A stretch of DNA of 64,000 bases. Origin: Spizellomyces punctatus DAOM BR117. Its lineage: Eukaryota. Both the position numbers and the translations under genes were made by a program. The DNA is taken from the NCBI GenBank assembly GCA_000182565.2, contig KQ257453.1; one strand, given 5' to 3'. The notes under the pieces are model-generated. The model did not search any database, had not been told where the DNA came from, and was given only the letters and a program-made list of their open reading frames with translations. Positions 12,594 through 25,686 of this stretch are shown in pieces. Each line of letters starts with the position of its first letter. Within the stretch, counting starts at the first letter, position 1.

Positions 12594-15591
12594 TGTGCAC
12601 AGTCACGAAGCTATCTCAATCGTAAAATTCATCTATAGCTTGTTGAAGTTATCTTTTCCTGCTAGTTCTTGTCATGAGATGATGGAATGTGGAAGCTTAT
12701 GCCAGGGCTATTATGCAGAATATTTTGGCTTGCGGCAGCTTTGTTTGTTAATACGCCGCAGGTTAACTCTCAGGTCGATAGGAATATGAGTGAATACTAC
12801 TTGTTCCGTTTGTACAAACAAGGAACAAAGCTTTTCAAGAGCTTTCCGTTGCGTTTCCTGAGAACAACAACCCGCGAGCAGAGACAGACTAAAATCAAAT
12901 ATATTCACCAATCTCGCTGGTCATTGATTTGGTTGCCCAAGGGAGGTATTGAGAAACTGTTTTTGTTGCATTATAGTCTTTCGTTGCGCTATCAATTGCA
13001 GGTGAAGGAGAGAAGGATAGGTCAATACGACTTACGGCTGATTTGGCACGGAACATTGATAACGAAAGCAGTGGGGTGTGGTTCCGTAACCTTGTCTATC
13101 GTACTCTCTCGAATAAGAAGTAGAATGCTGCTCAAGATCTAAAATGTACCTATCCACTCGCTCCCAACATAATACTAGTCAAAGTTGTCGAATACCTTCC
13201 TCTGCTTGCCCTCAACTGTAAAACAGTAGTCGCAAATGGGCCATATAAGGATTACCTGTGTGTTTGTGGCCCGGATTGTTGCGTTCATTCAACGAATTTT
13301 GATCGTGCATTGTGCTGTGCAGCCATTTTAGCGTCGTTTTCAATCATACCTTGCAGTGAAATAGCAGAAAAATTATGCTGACTTTTATACTGTCAGACTC
13401 TCAAAGCGTTGGGAACCCTCGACTGGGCTGCTATCGTCCCAAAGAACGGCCATATTATTTCAAAGCAATATCTGTCTCCCATTTCAAACCTGTTTTATTG
13501 GGAATTGATGGGCCAGGCGCAAAGGATTTGAGATTCCCTTGTAGGATGCTTGGAGCGAGACACTTCTAGTCCCACCAGTGGTGACTTGTCACTGTCACCT
13601 CCTCATTCTCCATCTCAACAACAGGTCATGTCGAGCCCACTAACGATCAGCATCACTACCTATGCCGACACCGTTGTTCGGGGGTTCTTTGCGAGTGTGT
13701 GGTCAACCATCTCCATAATTCTGGGACTAGAACTCTTTCAAAAGACAACCGGTCCGCTAAATCATTCTCGTCTTCCTCTTCGCCACGATCTGCAAAGAGT
13801 TTTTAAAGTAGGCGCCAGTACACTACCGTATACACAACCCTCAGTCTCGACTTTATGAACACAATTTCCCAGTTCATCATGCAGATTACAATTCTTGAAA
13901 TCAACATGATAAAAGTTCGGGCTTTACCAAAACAAGATTGGGTCAAGTCGTTATCCGGATGTTTTTGTTGGCAGAAGCGAGTTTAACTCTGACTGGACAG
14001 TCCTAGTCAGTGCAGAGGAAGATTGGTCCTTTTTACTCGAACATGTCGAGTACACTCCTCGCACTTTGTCGAAGTGGATTCACTGGGTTGGAAATTATTC
14101 TCGACATTGGACTTATTCTTTGGCTGGCTGACAATCAACCGCAGCGATAGTCAGTAACACAACATCAGTTTTCAACCGTGATTTCAACCATTATCGTTCC
14201 GAACGTCATCATGTTTATCTTCGCTTGCCCAGTAACGGCGAGCCCTCCTAGTTGGGTGCTGTACCGAACAATTACGTCCAACTCGTTGGAAACTGGTTGA
14301 TTTATTTTCAGTCGCTTGCTTTTGTGTACGACGTGTACACATTCGAAAGTGAAACGGCAAGCGAGAGAAATACCAATATGTTGGCGAAGCAGAATGCTTT
14401 TCAACTAGAAAGAATGAACCGAGGGTAGTCCAATCGTTCACGATTTCGAAAAATGTTGAAAATGGAGTTTGATTCAGTTGCATACATTGGTGACCGCTTA
14501 GATCAATGGAATATGTGTTCTTCGTTTCTGTATTGGTACCTTATGCTTTGTACAGTCCGAGTGGATGCCTGTCATTAGGCAGAAAATGTAAGGTTGCTTA
14601 AAAGGAAATTCTACCACCAAATTATATGATGTATTTCTCAAATCATTCTTGACTCTTAAATGTTGAACTATTATCGATGGTGACGGTACATAGTAGTACA
14701 GAGCTCCATTGTTTATAACGGTGCACTGTTGATACCCTAGACTTCTTGATTTATTGTCGATTTAGCTTCCATGAGTTAGTTCCTTGATATCTGGGACTTG
14801 CACACAAAGATGACAAAATAAAAGTCAAATTGCTGCAGGACGTTCTATCGTGAACCTGTTTCCAGGGATTTCCCTTGCCCTTTCAGTGAATTATCCATTT
14901 TTATCCCATATTGTACCCTGAGGGCCATCCGATCATCTCAGACAAATAATACGAAATGTGATCCCCACACCCTAGGACGAGCGTCTTACTGGTGAGCGCA
15001 TTCGGGACGATGTCCTTGAATAAACGAGTCCTTTTCAACACCGTGGTTAATCGTTACCTCTGCTCAGTCTGTTGAAGGTTTCTTTGTAATAACTGCCATG
15101 TCAACCTGCAGCCAGTTCAACGATAGGCAATGATGTGATTCTGAACTACTATCCAGTTCGAACCATAAAATAAACATCACTCGCAACTTTGGACTTGGAT
15201 CTGTGACTTTCCGCAGTTTACGTGGTTTTCCAACATTTTTTTTTTTTCACTTGACCCAACCTCACTCAATTGCAATGTAAATGCTTGCTTTGGGTGCGTC
15301 CAGCTGCAGCCAGAGGATCATTATTCAAAATCATCACTAAAACCACCCGCTTGGCGGGGAGGACGAGAAGCAGACGAGGATCCATCGGAACCCCACTTAC
15401 CAGCCCTGCACTGTGCCCTGTACATTGACTGGGCGACAGTTCTTTGAGTGTTTATCATGAACCCTGACGGGATTGCGATGGTGGCCCCTAGAAAATTTCT
15501 AAAGCCATTAGCTAATGAATTGCGTGCACTTACGTCGTGTTTTGAAAAAGAAGACTGTTGCAAGCGTTCATGATTGCAGCTGCAACAAGAG

Positions 15592-16265
15592 CATTCCGGT
15601 GAATTGAGCCAGCGCTGCGTAATCTGTACTGGGTGACCTACTTTACCACCAGATCCAAATTTCTAGGCGATTGATTGAACACCTATCCACATATTTTTTG
15701 ATGGTCGGAGAGCAAAGGTTTGATGCAAAGCTCAACCTACAAAAAGTGCATTCTGGTCCATTCCGGTAAATTGAGTCAACCATTGTATAAAGCTGTACTT
15801 GGTAACCTACCTTACCACCAGATCAAAAGCTCCTGCCAATTGTTCATCCACTTTGAAATTTTTGATGGACGGAGAGAGAAGACTTGACGACGGCTTCCGA
15901 GCCTGAACCTACAACAAGCTCATTCCGGTAAATTAAGACAATGTAGTGCAAGCGGTTTTCGTTGAGATACGTTTACCACACGAAGGCAGCAGTCATAGGT
16001 ATCGAGCCAATGATTGCAAGTGTATGCACTTTCAGACTGTCCAAGAGAAAAGACGGCTTAGAGCGTCCATGGCTTAACCTACAGCAAAAGATGTCTGATG
16101 AATTAAGACAACAGCCGTTTTTGTTGAGATACGTTTACCACGCAAAGACAGCGTCCGAAGATATATGCACTTTTCATGAGGTCTGAGAGAAAAGAGGGGC
16201 TAGAGCGTCCATGGCTTAACCTGCAACAAAAGATGTCCGGTGAATTGAGACAACGTCGGGCAAGC
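15592..16265. repeat. Degenerate tandem repeat, about 4.5 units of 145-170 bp
   Basis: Anchor motif CATTCCGGTRAATTRAG at 15592, 15759 and 15921, with variants at about 16090 and 16232. Shared blocks TTTACCAC, AACCTACA and GGCTTAGAGCGTCCATGGCTTAACCT (twice). Confidence 0.85.
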
Positions 16266-17679
16266 TATCCTTATTGTTTTCCTTTACTTGTTTTCCTTTA
16301 TTACAATCATGAGAGCGTTCAAAAGTGTTTACACTCGAGCTAGAGTCGATGACAGAGCCGTACACTGTTTCAATGGCCTATATACAGGGATGAGCACGTA
16401 CTCCCCGTTAGTGTATCAAGGATACTGAAGGACTTGGTACCTCTTACTGCTTTTCCGCCCTCGTTTGGCCGCCGTACGCGCGTCTTTCCGTCATAATTGC
16501 AACCTGCCGCCTCTTCTGCAACGAGCAACGTCTAACCTTGCTTGGGTACATTCAAGGAACCTTCCTCGAACGCCATACAACTTACAGGTAATCAAGCACG
16601 TACTCAAAGTACCTGCACCCCTTGCATTGGTATCTGATGATAGTAAATGTTCGGTCCTATGCGAAAGGGAAACCGTATGAGTCAAAAGTTCAACTGAAAA
16701 AAAAATCAATCATATCCTATCTTCATACATAGGATAAACAGCATCTAACGGCTGTTGTCAGTCCTGAAAATGCCCATTCTCTGCCTTCTTACACCCGCCA
16801 GCTCAACATGTATGCATAGGTCATGGTGCGTATGTGCGCAGAAACTTGTCGTGTAGCTAATATTACCTAGTATTGTACATACCTTAATTGATATGTTAAG
16901 CGTTGTTGTCCACCTTAAAGTTCCTCGTCAAGATGCAAGCAACATTCCGCTTCAAACTTGGATGTAAACCCCAAAGACGGGGATGATCCTAAAATAAAAA
17001 CCAAGGTAAATTTTTGTCCCAGGTTTAACCCCCTAGATGTACGTTCCCAAAACACAATTAGCAATTCCCTCGTACCGCGCGCTATTAAATAAAGAAGGAA
17101 TCCATGAACCGAATCACATGCTTTCCACTTTATATCTTCGAAAGTATAAAGACCTGCTTGTTTTCAAGAGTTTAATAACCTTGAGAAACGATATGCACAA
17201 ATGTAATACTTGCTATTTATTCGCAACCTCTGGACAGTCCTTGACATGGACTGTGAATAATCGCCACTTCAAGTGAGAGGTGATTCACTTCTTATTTCTT
17301 TAACTCACCGTTGACATTCGTCACGAAAGTGAGATGAACTCTAGAAGAAAAGTTACTTGTATATAGCTCGAAGAGTGGGACCTGTCCCGAATAGTCAACA
17401 ATAGGGCCAAAGAAACTAAATCATGAAAAGGGATGCTGATCCCCTTTTTCGTCATATTCACATTAAGCGCCTGGGTTCAAATAATTGACACAGGCCGGTC
17501 ATACAAACCAAAACTAGATACATATCGCATACTGTGGACGTAGGTCCTGCTACCACTACTGCTGCACGTCCGTTAACTGTGTTAGGTGAAGTGTCAGACG
17601 CTATGAAGAAATGACTCGGTGACCTGACTTTTTTGTTGCAGGGTGTGACTTGCCGTACCGTAAAGCTGCCTTATCCTCT

Positions 17680-18636
17680 TCATGTAACAGTATCGACAGA
17701 ACCTAATCGATTTGCTAAAAGTGATCGGATGATACCAGCAAATTTCTCCCCGCATCGCACTGGTTTCTCTACGACATCGTTCATGCCTAATGAAAGGTAT
17801 AAAGCGACCTCGTGTGGGCGTGCATTTGATGTGATGGCGACGATGGGAACTGACGAATTGAATTCCAATATTGTTGGAGGCGTTTCAATGGGTATAGTAA
17901 GTGTAGGACTGCTTAATGCTCTTGGTCGATATGGAGGTGGCGCCGACAAAGGCGATTCCATATCTGACTGCGGTGATGATGTGATCGTGGGAACGATAGG
18001 GAGACTGTAACTTCGATGCTCGCCAACGATAAAATCTGGGATACTGTGCATCGGCGATCTGCCACGAATAAAAAGACAAGTTGTGCATCCGTCAAGCACC
18101 GGCATAACTACAACAGGCAATTCTCCTCAGCATTAGCTTCACGAACTTTTACAAACCACTTTTGCATTAAATCGAACATTGATAAATCAACGTACCGATG
18201 TCGAGAAGTATGAGGTCAAACAGCGATGTCGAAAGAGCATGAAGTAACTCCAGCCCATTTTCAAACATGTCTGCCGACGAGACAGTATATCCAAGATGTT
18301 TGTACACTAGCTTCTGTAAAGCGAAATGCACCATTCATCAGCTTAGGGAAATGCTCACATAGTAGCGCTCAACATGAATTGCATTATCAAAGGAACTTTT
18401 TGAAAAAAATGCGGTTTTGCGAGTTTTTTGTAGACAACAACTTTTGTCCGTTCTTTGGGCGCTGCATGCCCTTTGGATACAATTCCAATACTTACTGCTA
18501 ATATTTTGGCGTTAATGGGGTTGTCATCGACGATAGCTATGCGGGGTGTGGGTTTTTTTGCGGTAGAAACCGCGACGGGATTTTTGGGGGCGTCGTGTGG
18601 GCTGTCAGGGGAGGCGGACGTCCTGGCCTCTTTCAT
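17680..18636 (-). CDS. Stand-alone response-regulator receiver (REC) domain protein
   Basis: Spliced: PRIAIVDDNPINAKILA|KLVYKHLGY...FDLILLDI|VMPVLDGCTT...PIVAITSNA...LSLGMNDVVEKPV. The DD pair, phospho-acceptor D, T and KP are all present. Confidence 0.85.
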
Positions 18637-19272
18637 GACACGGATAGATAAAAAATCCTTTAGGCTTTCATCACCTAATAATGCTTCAAAGACCGACGAC
18701 AAAAAAAGCTTTCGTATGCAAGCTATCTGTTATTCTAGAAAACAACGTCAACGACTAGAAGTGCGACAAAAAAAAAACAGCCAACGTCCGGGGACCAGGT
18801 CGTTCAACAAATGAATCTAGTGCCTTTGTGGGTCTCTGCGAGGTCTAGAAGTGAGCGTTCCAGAGTCCTGGGTCATGGATGCTGATCCTGTAAAGGAACA
18901 TTGCACCGAGTTACCAACAACCAAAAGTTCCCATTTATGGGTTTACATTAAGGTAGAGGATGATCCATGATATTCTGGTTATATCCGATCGCATGGTCCG
19001 GAATCTCGGCCCGTGAGATGTGACTCTTTTGGATAGAGTGGGATGGATGGAATGCATGGCCATATGATTTAATAACCTTTTGAGATATCAAAGTTGCTCC
19101 AGATCTTGTTTGGACAAGCGGATGTATTGGCTGGGGTGTATCCACAGCTTGTTTATAAAGGTTTAGAGTTGCTCAGCAGATCACCCTGTCCACATGTTAC
19201 AGCCACAGCGAAAAACAGATATGGAACAAATATACCGGTATTTACAAAATGTCTATCTACACACAGAAATTG

Positions 19273-20400
19273 CTATTTTTCTCGTAGTTTCCCCAAAGAT
19301 CGAGGTTCTGGGGCACGAACCTCAGCCATCTTTTGATTCTCCCTTTCAAATGCTGCTGGTGGAGGTGTTGGTGATACAGGCGTAACTGACTCGTCTACCA
19401 CCCAATCGTCAAACGTTCCCTTAACGCCGACTTGTTGTAAATGCTCAGCATCCAACACTCGGTTCGGTCGTCGGACGTGCGGTGGGGAAAGCGTAAAAGA
19501 CGCCGATTGGTTGTACTCCCGACGTAGGGCGAGAATGAACAAAATGAAAATGTTGTAACGGATTGCCGTTACTAGGGCGGTTATTCCGCTACGGTAGTTC
19601 ACCGCAAAATTCGATGTGATGGTGAAGGTGCAGTGTAAGAGGGTTTCAGCGCACAGATACAAAAAACCTGTGGTGAAAAAACGTGTAAAGAGTGATACAC
19701 CTTGCCGGTTCTGCCGCAACATGGGAAGGTAATAATTCACGACGAAATCTTAAACAAAAAACATTGGGTTCAGATTTCCGGGATTGCAAATAAAATACAA
19801 TAACATATACTCACAAGTCGACAAATAAAAGGCAGTTACAGCTTGCACGACACTCAAAAAAGTGAACATTTTCTCCGCGCCTGGGGACTCATTCTTCGTG
19901 ACGCTCTCATACACCCAAAATATATAGTTTGCTCCAGCAGCGAGCGACTCCAATCCCAGCCAAATGAGAGTAGCAATTCGCAGCCGTCGTTCAAAGGCCG
20001 TGATTATGGAGAAACGAAGGTACAAGACCCAATTGAAAACCTCGTAACTGAACATGAAGCATCCTACTCCGACTCCGATCGTGAGGATGGGACTGTTTGG
20101 TGCCGCCTGAATTTTTGGTAGCATAGTGCAGAGTACACCCACTAGGTACGTGCCGATGCACGCACCAACAAGGATCCTGAGCGATGATTGCTTTTTTCGT
20201 AGTACCAGCAACCACATCAAGACATTCATCGTTAACATGGCCACAGCAGAAGCGCGGAGTATCAGGTCCACCACTGCTTTCAATGCGAACAACGGAGTGC
20301 TATCGGCCATTGTCGGACTGGATTGATTGACGGTCTGGTTTGCCACGGGGAAGGCTTGGCCAGAAATTGTGGTAGGCGGAGCAGCCATCAGAGATGCCAT
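19273..20400 (-). CDS. Seven-transmembrane (GPCR-like) membrane protein
   Basis: Two ORFs joined by an intron at about 19813-19750. About seven hydrophobic helices, N-terminal NQT/NQS sequons and a hydrophilic C-tail. Confidence 0.7.
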
Positions 20401-21064
20401 CGTTTCGTGTGTGCTTGTTCCGCGGCGACGAGACAATCGCCACCTTACGCCCTCTATAGCGAGAAAGTCTCCAGTAATTCACGTCGTTACCGGGAGGTTA
20501 TTGTTCTATCGCTTTTAGTGGTCCCTGTACATTCTGGTGCCTTCCGGTCTCCGGGGATACTGAGATGGGTATCTGGGGTGCCACCTTCTGCTTTTATGCA
20601 ATCATTCCGCTCTAGGCTAGCTATTCTTTAGTCAACATGAGACCGTCGGAACTGTTTAAAAAAAATCCAGTTCTTGTTACTTGTTTTACGCCTATCCGGA
20701 ACCTTCCATATTGGGATTTAAATCCAAAATCGAGACCTATGTGAGTTGCATGAAGAACAGATGAAACTAATATCTGACACCAAACACACTTTTTTATTTT
20801 TGTATCTTTCATGACGGCATTTGGTTCCCAACATCGGGAAATTCTAGGAGCTATCCTGTTGCAAACGCCGTTAAACGTTCATGTATAACAAAGGGTCGAT
20901 CACGGAGACGGAGACAGCGAGCATGTCGTTCACTCCGGTTCTTTCCGGTTTGCTCTAAAAAGAGGATCGAGTCACATTAAGTATTTACTGCTAACATGTC
21001 ATGGTCATTGCGTACATGCGGCACAAACATTATGGATATGGTGATCTTCCATTCACGGCACTAA

Positions 21065-22046
21065 ATGTCCTCAGACAGAGAAGGATCAGAGTCAGACTCC
21101 ACTTCAGCTCACAGTGTTACTATGCCGTCGCGGCAAAGTCCTCTGTATGAAAACTACAGCGTCTATTCTCCCCGCGGTGCCTTAATGTTTCGTTGTTCAC
21201 GGTTGGTACACTCACAAGCATTCCTGAACAAGGCACTCTTGGTAACCGTTTACTTTGAAAAGGAAGAAAGTAGAATGGTACCTCAATCGAAAGCTTGCGA
21301 TATCCTTGAATGAATCACGCACAGTCATACAGTTGACGTTTGAGCCCAAAGGAAACGGGAGAGTCGGCGAAGGGGAGGAATATTATCTAGAAGACCGAGA
21401 AAACATTTGCGTCGGATGTGGAGGGCAAGTGCGGTTGACGTCGCATCATATTGGTAAGAGTTACTGTCCGAGCTCGCTTTTTGGCTACGATGGTATTTAA
21501 AGCAGGACAGTACCTTTTCAATATAGAAAGTTCATGCCACTTGAAATAAAATCGCATGCTTCGCACGATATTGTCCTTCTCTGCAACCGCTGCCATGATG
21601 CATACGAAAGCAAGGCTCTGAGTGTAAAGAAGGAATATGCAAAGAAATACGATATCCCACTCGAAGGACGTGGATACATCCCTCATCCACAACACCGGCG
21701 GTTGCACGCAGCTGCCAAAGCACTTTTACTCAAAGATAACAAAATACCCGCATGGAGATTGAAAGAATTGGAAAGCCAGATTCGTGAATTCTTTGGGGTC
21801 GACGGGAGTATTGATGATGAGGTTCTCAAACAAGCGCTGGGGCTCCCTTTACTGAGCAGATCGGATGACTTTGAAGAGCATGGGGAGGTTGTTGTCCGAA
21901 AAATGTCCGAAAACGAGCTGGAAGAGTTTATACGGATGTGGAGGAAACATTTTGTGGAACACGTCAAGCCCCAATCTTTGAGTGCAATGTGGCGAGTAGA
22001 AGATCCCGTAAGAAATCGAGGTCCGTCGTATCTTTCATTCCCGTGA
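21065..22046 (+). CDS. EXD2 C-terminal-like (HNH-like zinc-binding) domain protein with no exonuclease domain
   Basis: SPLYENYSVYSPRGALMFRCS|RKKVEWYL...EPKG...YYLEDRENICVGCG...TSHHI|VP..YRKFMPLEIKSHASHDIVLLCNRCHD...FIRMWRKHF follows the motif order of the EXD2 C-terminal region. Confidence 0.82.
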
Positions 22047-22111
22047 TCTCAATACGTAGTGCGGCCCAACCCTCGCTAACTACAATCGTTGTAGCATCTG
22101 CGACGGTAACG

Positions 22112-22795
22112 TTAGTGTCGACAATGACGTAGGAGGGGAACACATACACATGCTATGGTGAATCGGTGATCGGCCAAAATCTCGATCGCTATGGAGATAC
22201 GATCTCCAGCCTGTACGTTTCCGCGTAGATTAAAAAGAAAGCCGCCAGATACTGAAATAGAATTTTCCTGGCTCCAAGTAATATGTAATTTTCGGAGCGT
22301 CCCGAGTGTCTGCTTCAGTTGTACAGCGATCTTATGTAGTGTATATTCTACCAATGTCTTTTGGGAGCTCCCGGACGCCCGAGTGTCTATGAAATTGTGT
22401 GAAGCAACGTCCAATAAATGCAGACACGTTTTTATGCATGATAAAAATTAGTTGATTATGACTCCAAGTAAGCGCACATTAGGTGAGCTGAGTACTTCCG
22501 CTCACTGGCGAATACGCCATCCTTCAGGCCAATTCGTCAAGCAGGTAGCATGCAAAAAAAGTCCCTGTGTCTCAAAGCGATCGACTGTGTTCAGGTCGAC
22601 TTTGTTGGCGCAGTATATCGGAAAGGCTGTCGATGACTCTGCATGCATACTATATGATGATATATGAATACAAGTAAAATTGGATGCAATTGACGTAACC
22701 TGGATGTTAGGATATTTCAGGCCCACGGGTTGCAGGGATAACGAGTCCAGAGTAGTGCGAATGCGCAGCAGGGTCCACCGTGGCTGAATCGGCAA
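22112..22795 (-). CDS. Hypothetical protein (multi-exon, boundaries uncertain)
   Basis: Adjacent globular-looking ORFs 22502-22795 and 22112-22414, separated by a GTGAG...CAG intron-like gap. No family recognised. Confidence 0.35.
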
Positions 22796-24329
22796 TAAAT
22801 GAGCGGATGCGAAAAACTAAAGAAAATCAGCATTTACCAATCATGGAACGGCGACCATGGATAATGGAAAAAGAAAAATACAAAAGCAAACTTGAGTACC
22901 GTGCGATCGATCACCCATGGCAAATTGGAACTGGACGGTAGTAATGCGACTATTGCAATCGTGGACAGCTCTTTGTCATCTGTTTCGGTCATCGGGAAGC
23001 AGGGCCAGTACGGAGGTACTACTCACCTTATCAGATGCTGCAGGCATCGATTACCGTAAATCGAGCCATTGGTATCGCTTGTTACGAAAGCCTGGTAATC
23101 ATGCACGCGCCTTTAATTTGAAGCTATTTTTGTCAGGGATAGTTTCCCGCCTCTCGGAAGCTGGAGTATCCGACGAGTCACCATCAGGTCGTTCACGCTT
23201 TCCGACTTTTCATTGGTACAAATGAGTAAAAGGCTGAGGGGGGAGTTTGCTACAAAACCTACTTTTCAGACTTGCCGATATAGGTGGATTGACAAATACA
23301 AAAAGTCCTAATCCGAATAAGGATTAGAATTCTCGAAAAGAAATTTGGGAGTGCGTGCTCTATACTTTTACGCTCCAGGTTCCGATCCCTCCAAGTTTTA
23401 GTAATTCAATGTCCTCCCGTGGCTCAAAATCCACGGGCGTTCGCTTCATCCTGCGAAAATCCGGTAAATGGAAACGATCTTGACATAATACCAAATCCCA
23501 ATCCAGGGAAATTGATTGTACCACTGTCATGCAGGAGGCGAAAAACGGATCGGAGGGTCAACGGAGACTGGTAAGCCACGAGATTCTTTTACCCGAATCC
23601 AGCGACACAAAAGTGACAAGAAAGACAATATTTGTTGTGTGTAGAGTATCCTTTGGGTTCCCTTACGGCATGCTAGACCGTTGGATTGATAACCCGCTTG
23701 ATTTGAGGTAACGCGCCGCCCCTTCATTTTCCCCATCCACGGCGCTGACGTTGCAGGGCATCGTGGCCTTTTTTTTGAATGAGTAAGAAAGGTGGGCAAG
23801 CCGGGAAGCGGTCGACACTCGTGATGAAGTCCCCCAACACACAAGCAAGGGCCACTTGCCGTGCTCATCTCTCTTTCGGCTTTTTTTTATTTTCCCTTTT
23901 TCTGCACACACATTCCATCTTCAGGAGATCTAAAAGGCATGTGTTGTGACAATTGAAACGGGAAATGCATCATGTGTGGTGATACGCTCTTTTTTTTTGA
24001 GATGTTTTCGCCCTGAGCTTCCGAGCGTCAAAGGAAAAAAAAAAACAAGTACACAAATTGTTGAACATTACCAGCGCACGCACGCTCGGCTACTATATAA
24101 TGCGTGTTTAATCTACTCCCCCCTTCCTTCGCTCTGCCCCCAAAAACCGACCCCACAAAACACACACGCACGCGCAATTCCGGGGAGGTTTTGATTGGAA
24201 AAACCTCTGTCTTTTTTTTTAATCCGCACTGCCATTGCTGCCATTTGCCTCTTTCCTCGCGTCTCTACCAGCAACCCGTTATAACATTTCACCGGAAAAG
24301 TCATTTCCCTGGCATTTTGTGAGCCCCTC

Positions 24330-25309
24330 ATGCAAGCACATCGACACGACTTTCCGCTGTACGCTCCTTCCAAAATAATGCCTTGCCCCGACGAATTTGA
24401 AGACTTTTTCGGATCCTTGCCCAACGATTACGTGATGGACGACCTCAATATGGCTTATTCTCAGCCTTCTTTCGATCCTGAGCTCTTGATGCACACTATC
24501 CCACTGACGTTGCCCACCATGTCATCATCGGGTTATGTCCCATCCCCCGCTCTCTCCACCACATCCCTGTACGTCAACGCATCTATAACCTTACCGCAGC
24601 AATATACTTGCCAGCCTCTGCCATCAAGCATGATATTTTCCAACAGCTTTCCGTCTCCTCCAAATCCTCCAAGTGATCATGAACGCATTCTATCGCCGTG
24701 CACCATGTACGACGCGGTTGACAGCCCCCCGTCACCAGCCAGCGATGCCAGCGGCGGTATGCCAGATATCCCACTTTATGCAGAAACCGCGTCAGACCCG
24801 AAAAAGCTGGGCATTGCCGGCGCCCCTCCCCCGCGAGGAAGGAGCAAAAAGACGTTTCCCTGTACAGTTTGTGGAAGGAGATTCACGCGGAACTATAACT
24901 TGAGAGAGGTGTGTTTCTCCCTAATCAAGGGAAACTCTTGTCATGGACGACGATGACTCTGGTGGACGACCTCTTGTTTGTGCTGGCTTGTTAACGCTTG
25001 GCTCCATCATAGCACATGCAAGTCCATGACTCTGTCCGTGTTCGTCGTTTCCATTGCACAGAATGTCCTCGCTCTTGTAAGTTTCACTTGCATTACTGCA
25101 TATGCTCTTTTTCATATCCTCATGCTTTTTTCCATTCACTAGATTTCCGTAGTGCCGACCTCTCTCGTCACCGGAAATCCCAGCACACACCACCCATCCT
25201 CCTCTGCATTTGCGGTGCTGCATTCCGCCGTACCAGTCAAGCACGCAAGCACCAAAGTGAGTGCGTGCGAGCACTTGTGGCGAGAGATCAGTCTGATCTT
25301 CCAAATTGA
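24330..25309 (+). CDS. C2H2 zinc-finger transcription factor
   Basis: Pro/Ser-rich N-terminus, then FPCTVCGRRFTRNYNLRE|HMQVH, FHCTECPRS|.FRSADLSRHRKSQH and CICGAAFRR...H..C. TATA-like TATATAA near 24094. Confidence 0.9.
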
Positions 25310-25686
25310 AAGTCAGCACCATTCACGGACGATGTCGGGCTGGGCTGTAAATAGTGGACCTCTCACACACACATGTTTGTTTATCCTTGTTAGCCAAACC
25401 CCATCTCTCTTTTCTGTATATACCGTGCCCATGTGTTCATAGCGGGGTTTTGGAGAGTTTTTGTAGTGTGATCCCTTAATAATGATTTCCCTTTCATTCT
25501 TTGTATTGAGTCCAATGCAGCGGAACGGCGTACCCGCCAGATGCTGTACACATAGAGTATGGGCGGGAATTTCACAAAAAAGCCCGGGCCCGGGTTCACG
25601 TTTTGGTGAATACCCGCCATTGCAAGCAAAGAAACAAATAAAAAACAAACAAGGCAAGCGTCCCAATCGATGTACATAGCATGAGA

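Noticed and set aside
12687-14100. Possible secreted-protein gene (signal-like MWKLMPGLLCRIFWLAAALFV, Cys-rich fragments, in-frame TAG near 13121)
   Set aside because: I could not assemble a consistent spliced ORF or recognise a family. A decayed gene is more likely than stop-codon readthrough.
21964-22149. Apparent antisense overlap of a minus-strand ORF with the 3' end of the EXD2-like gene
   Set aside because: The neighbouring gene can stop at 22112, and I found no splice evidence that this frame is used.
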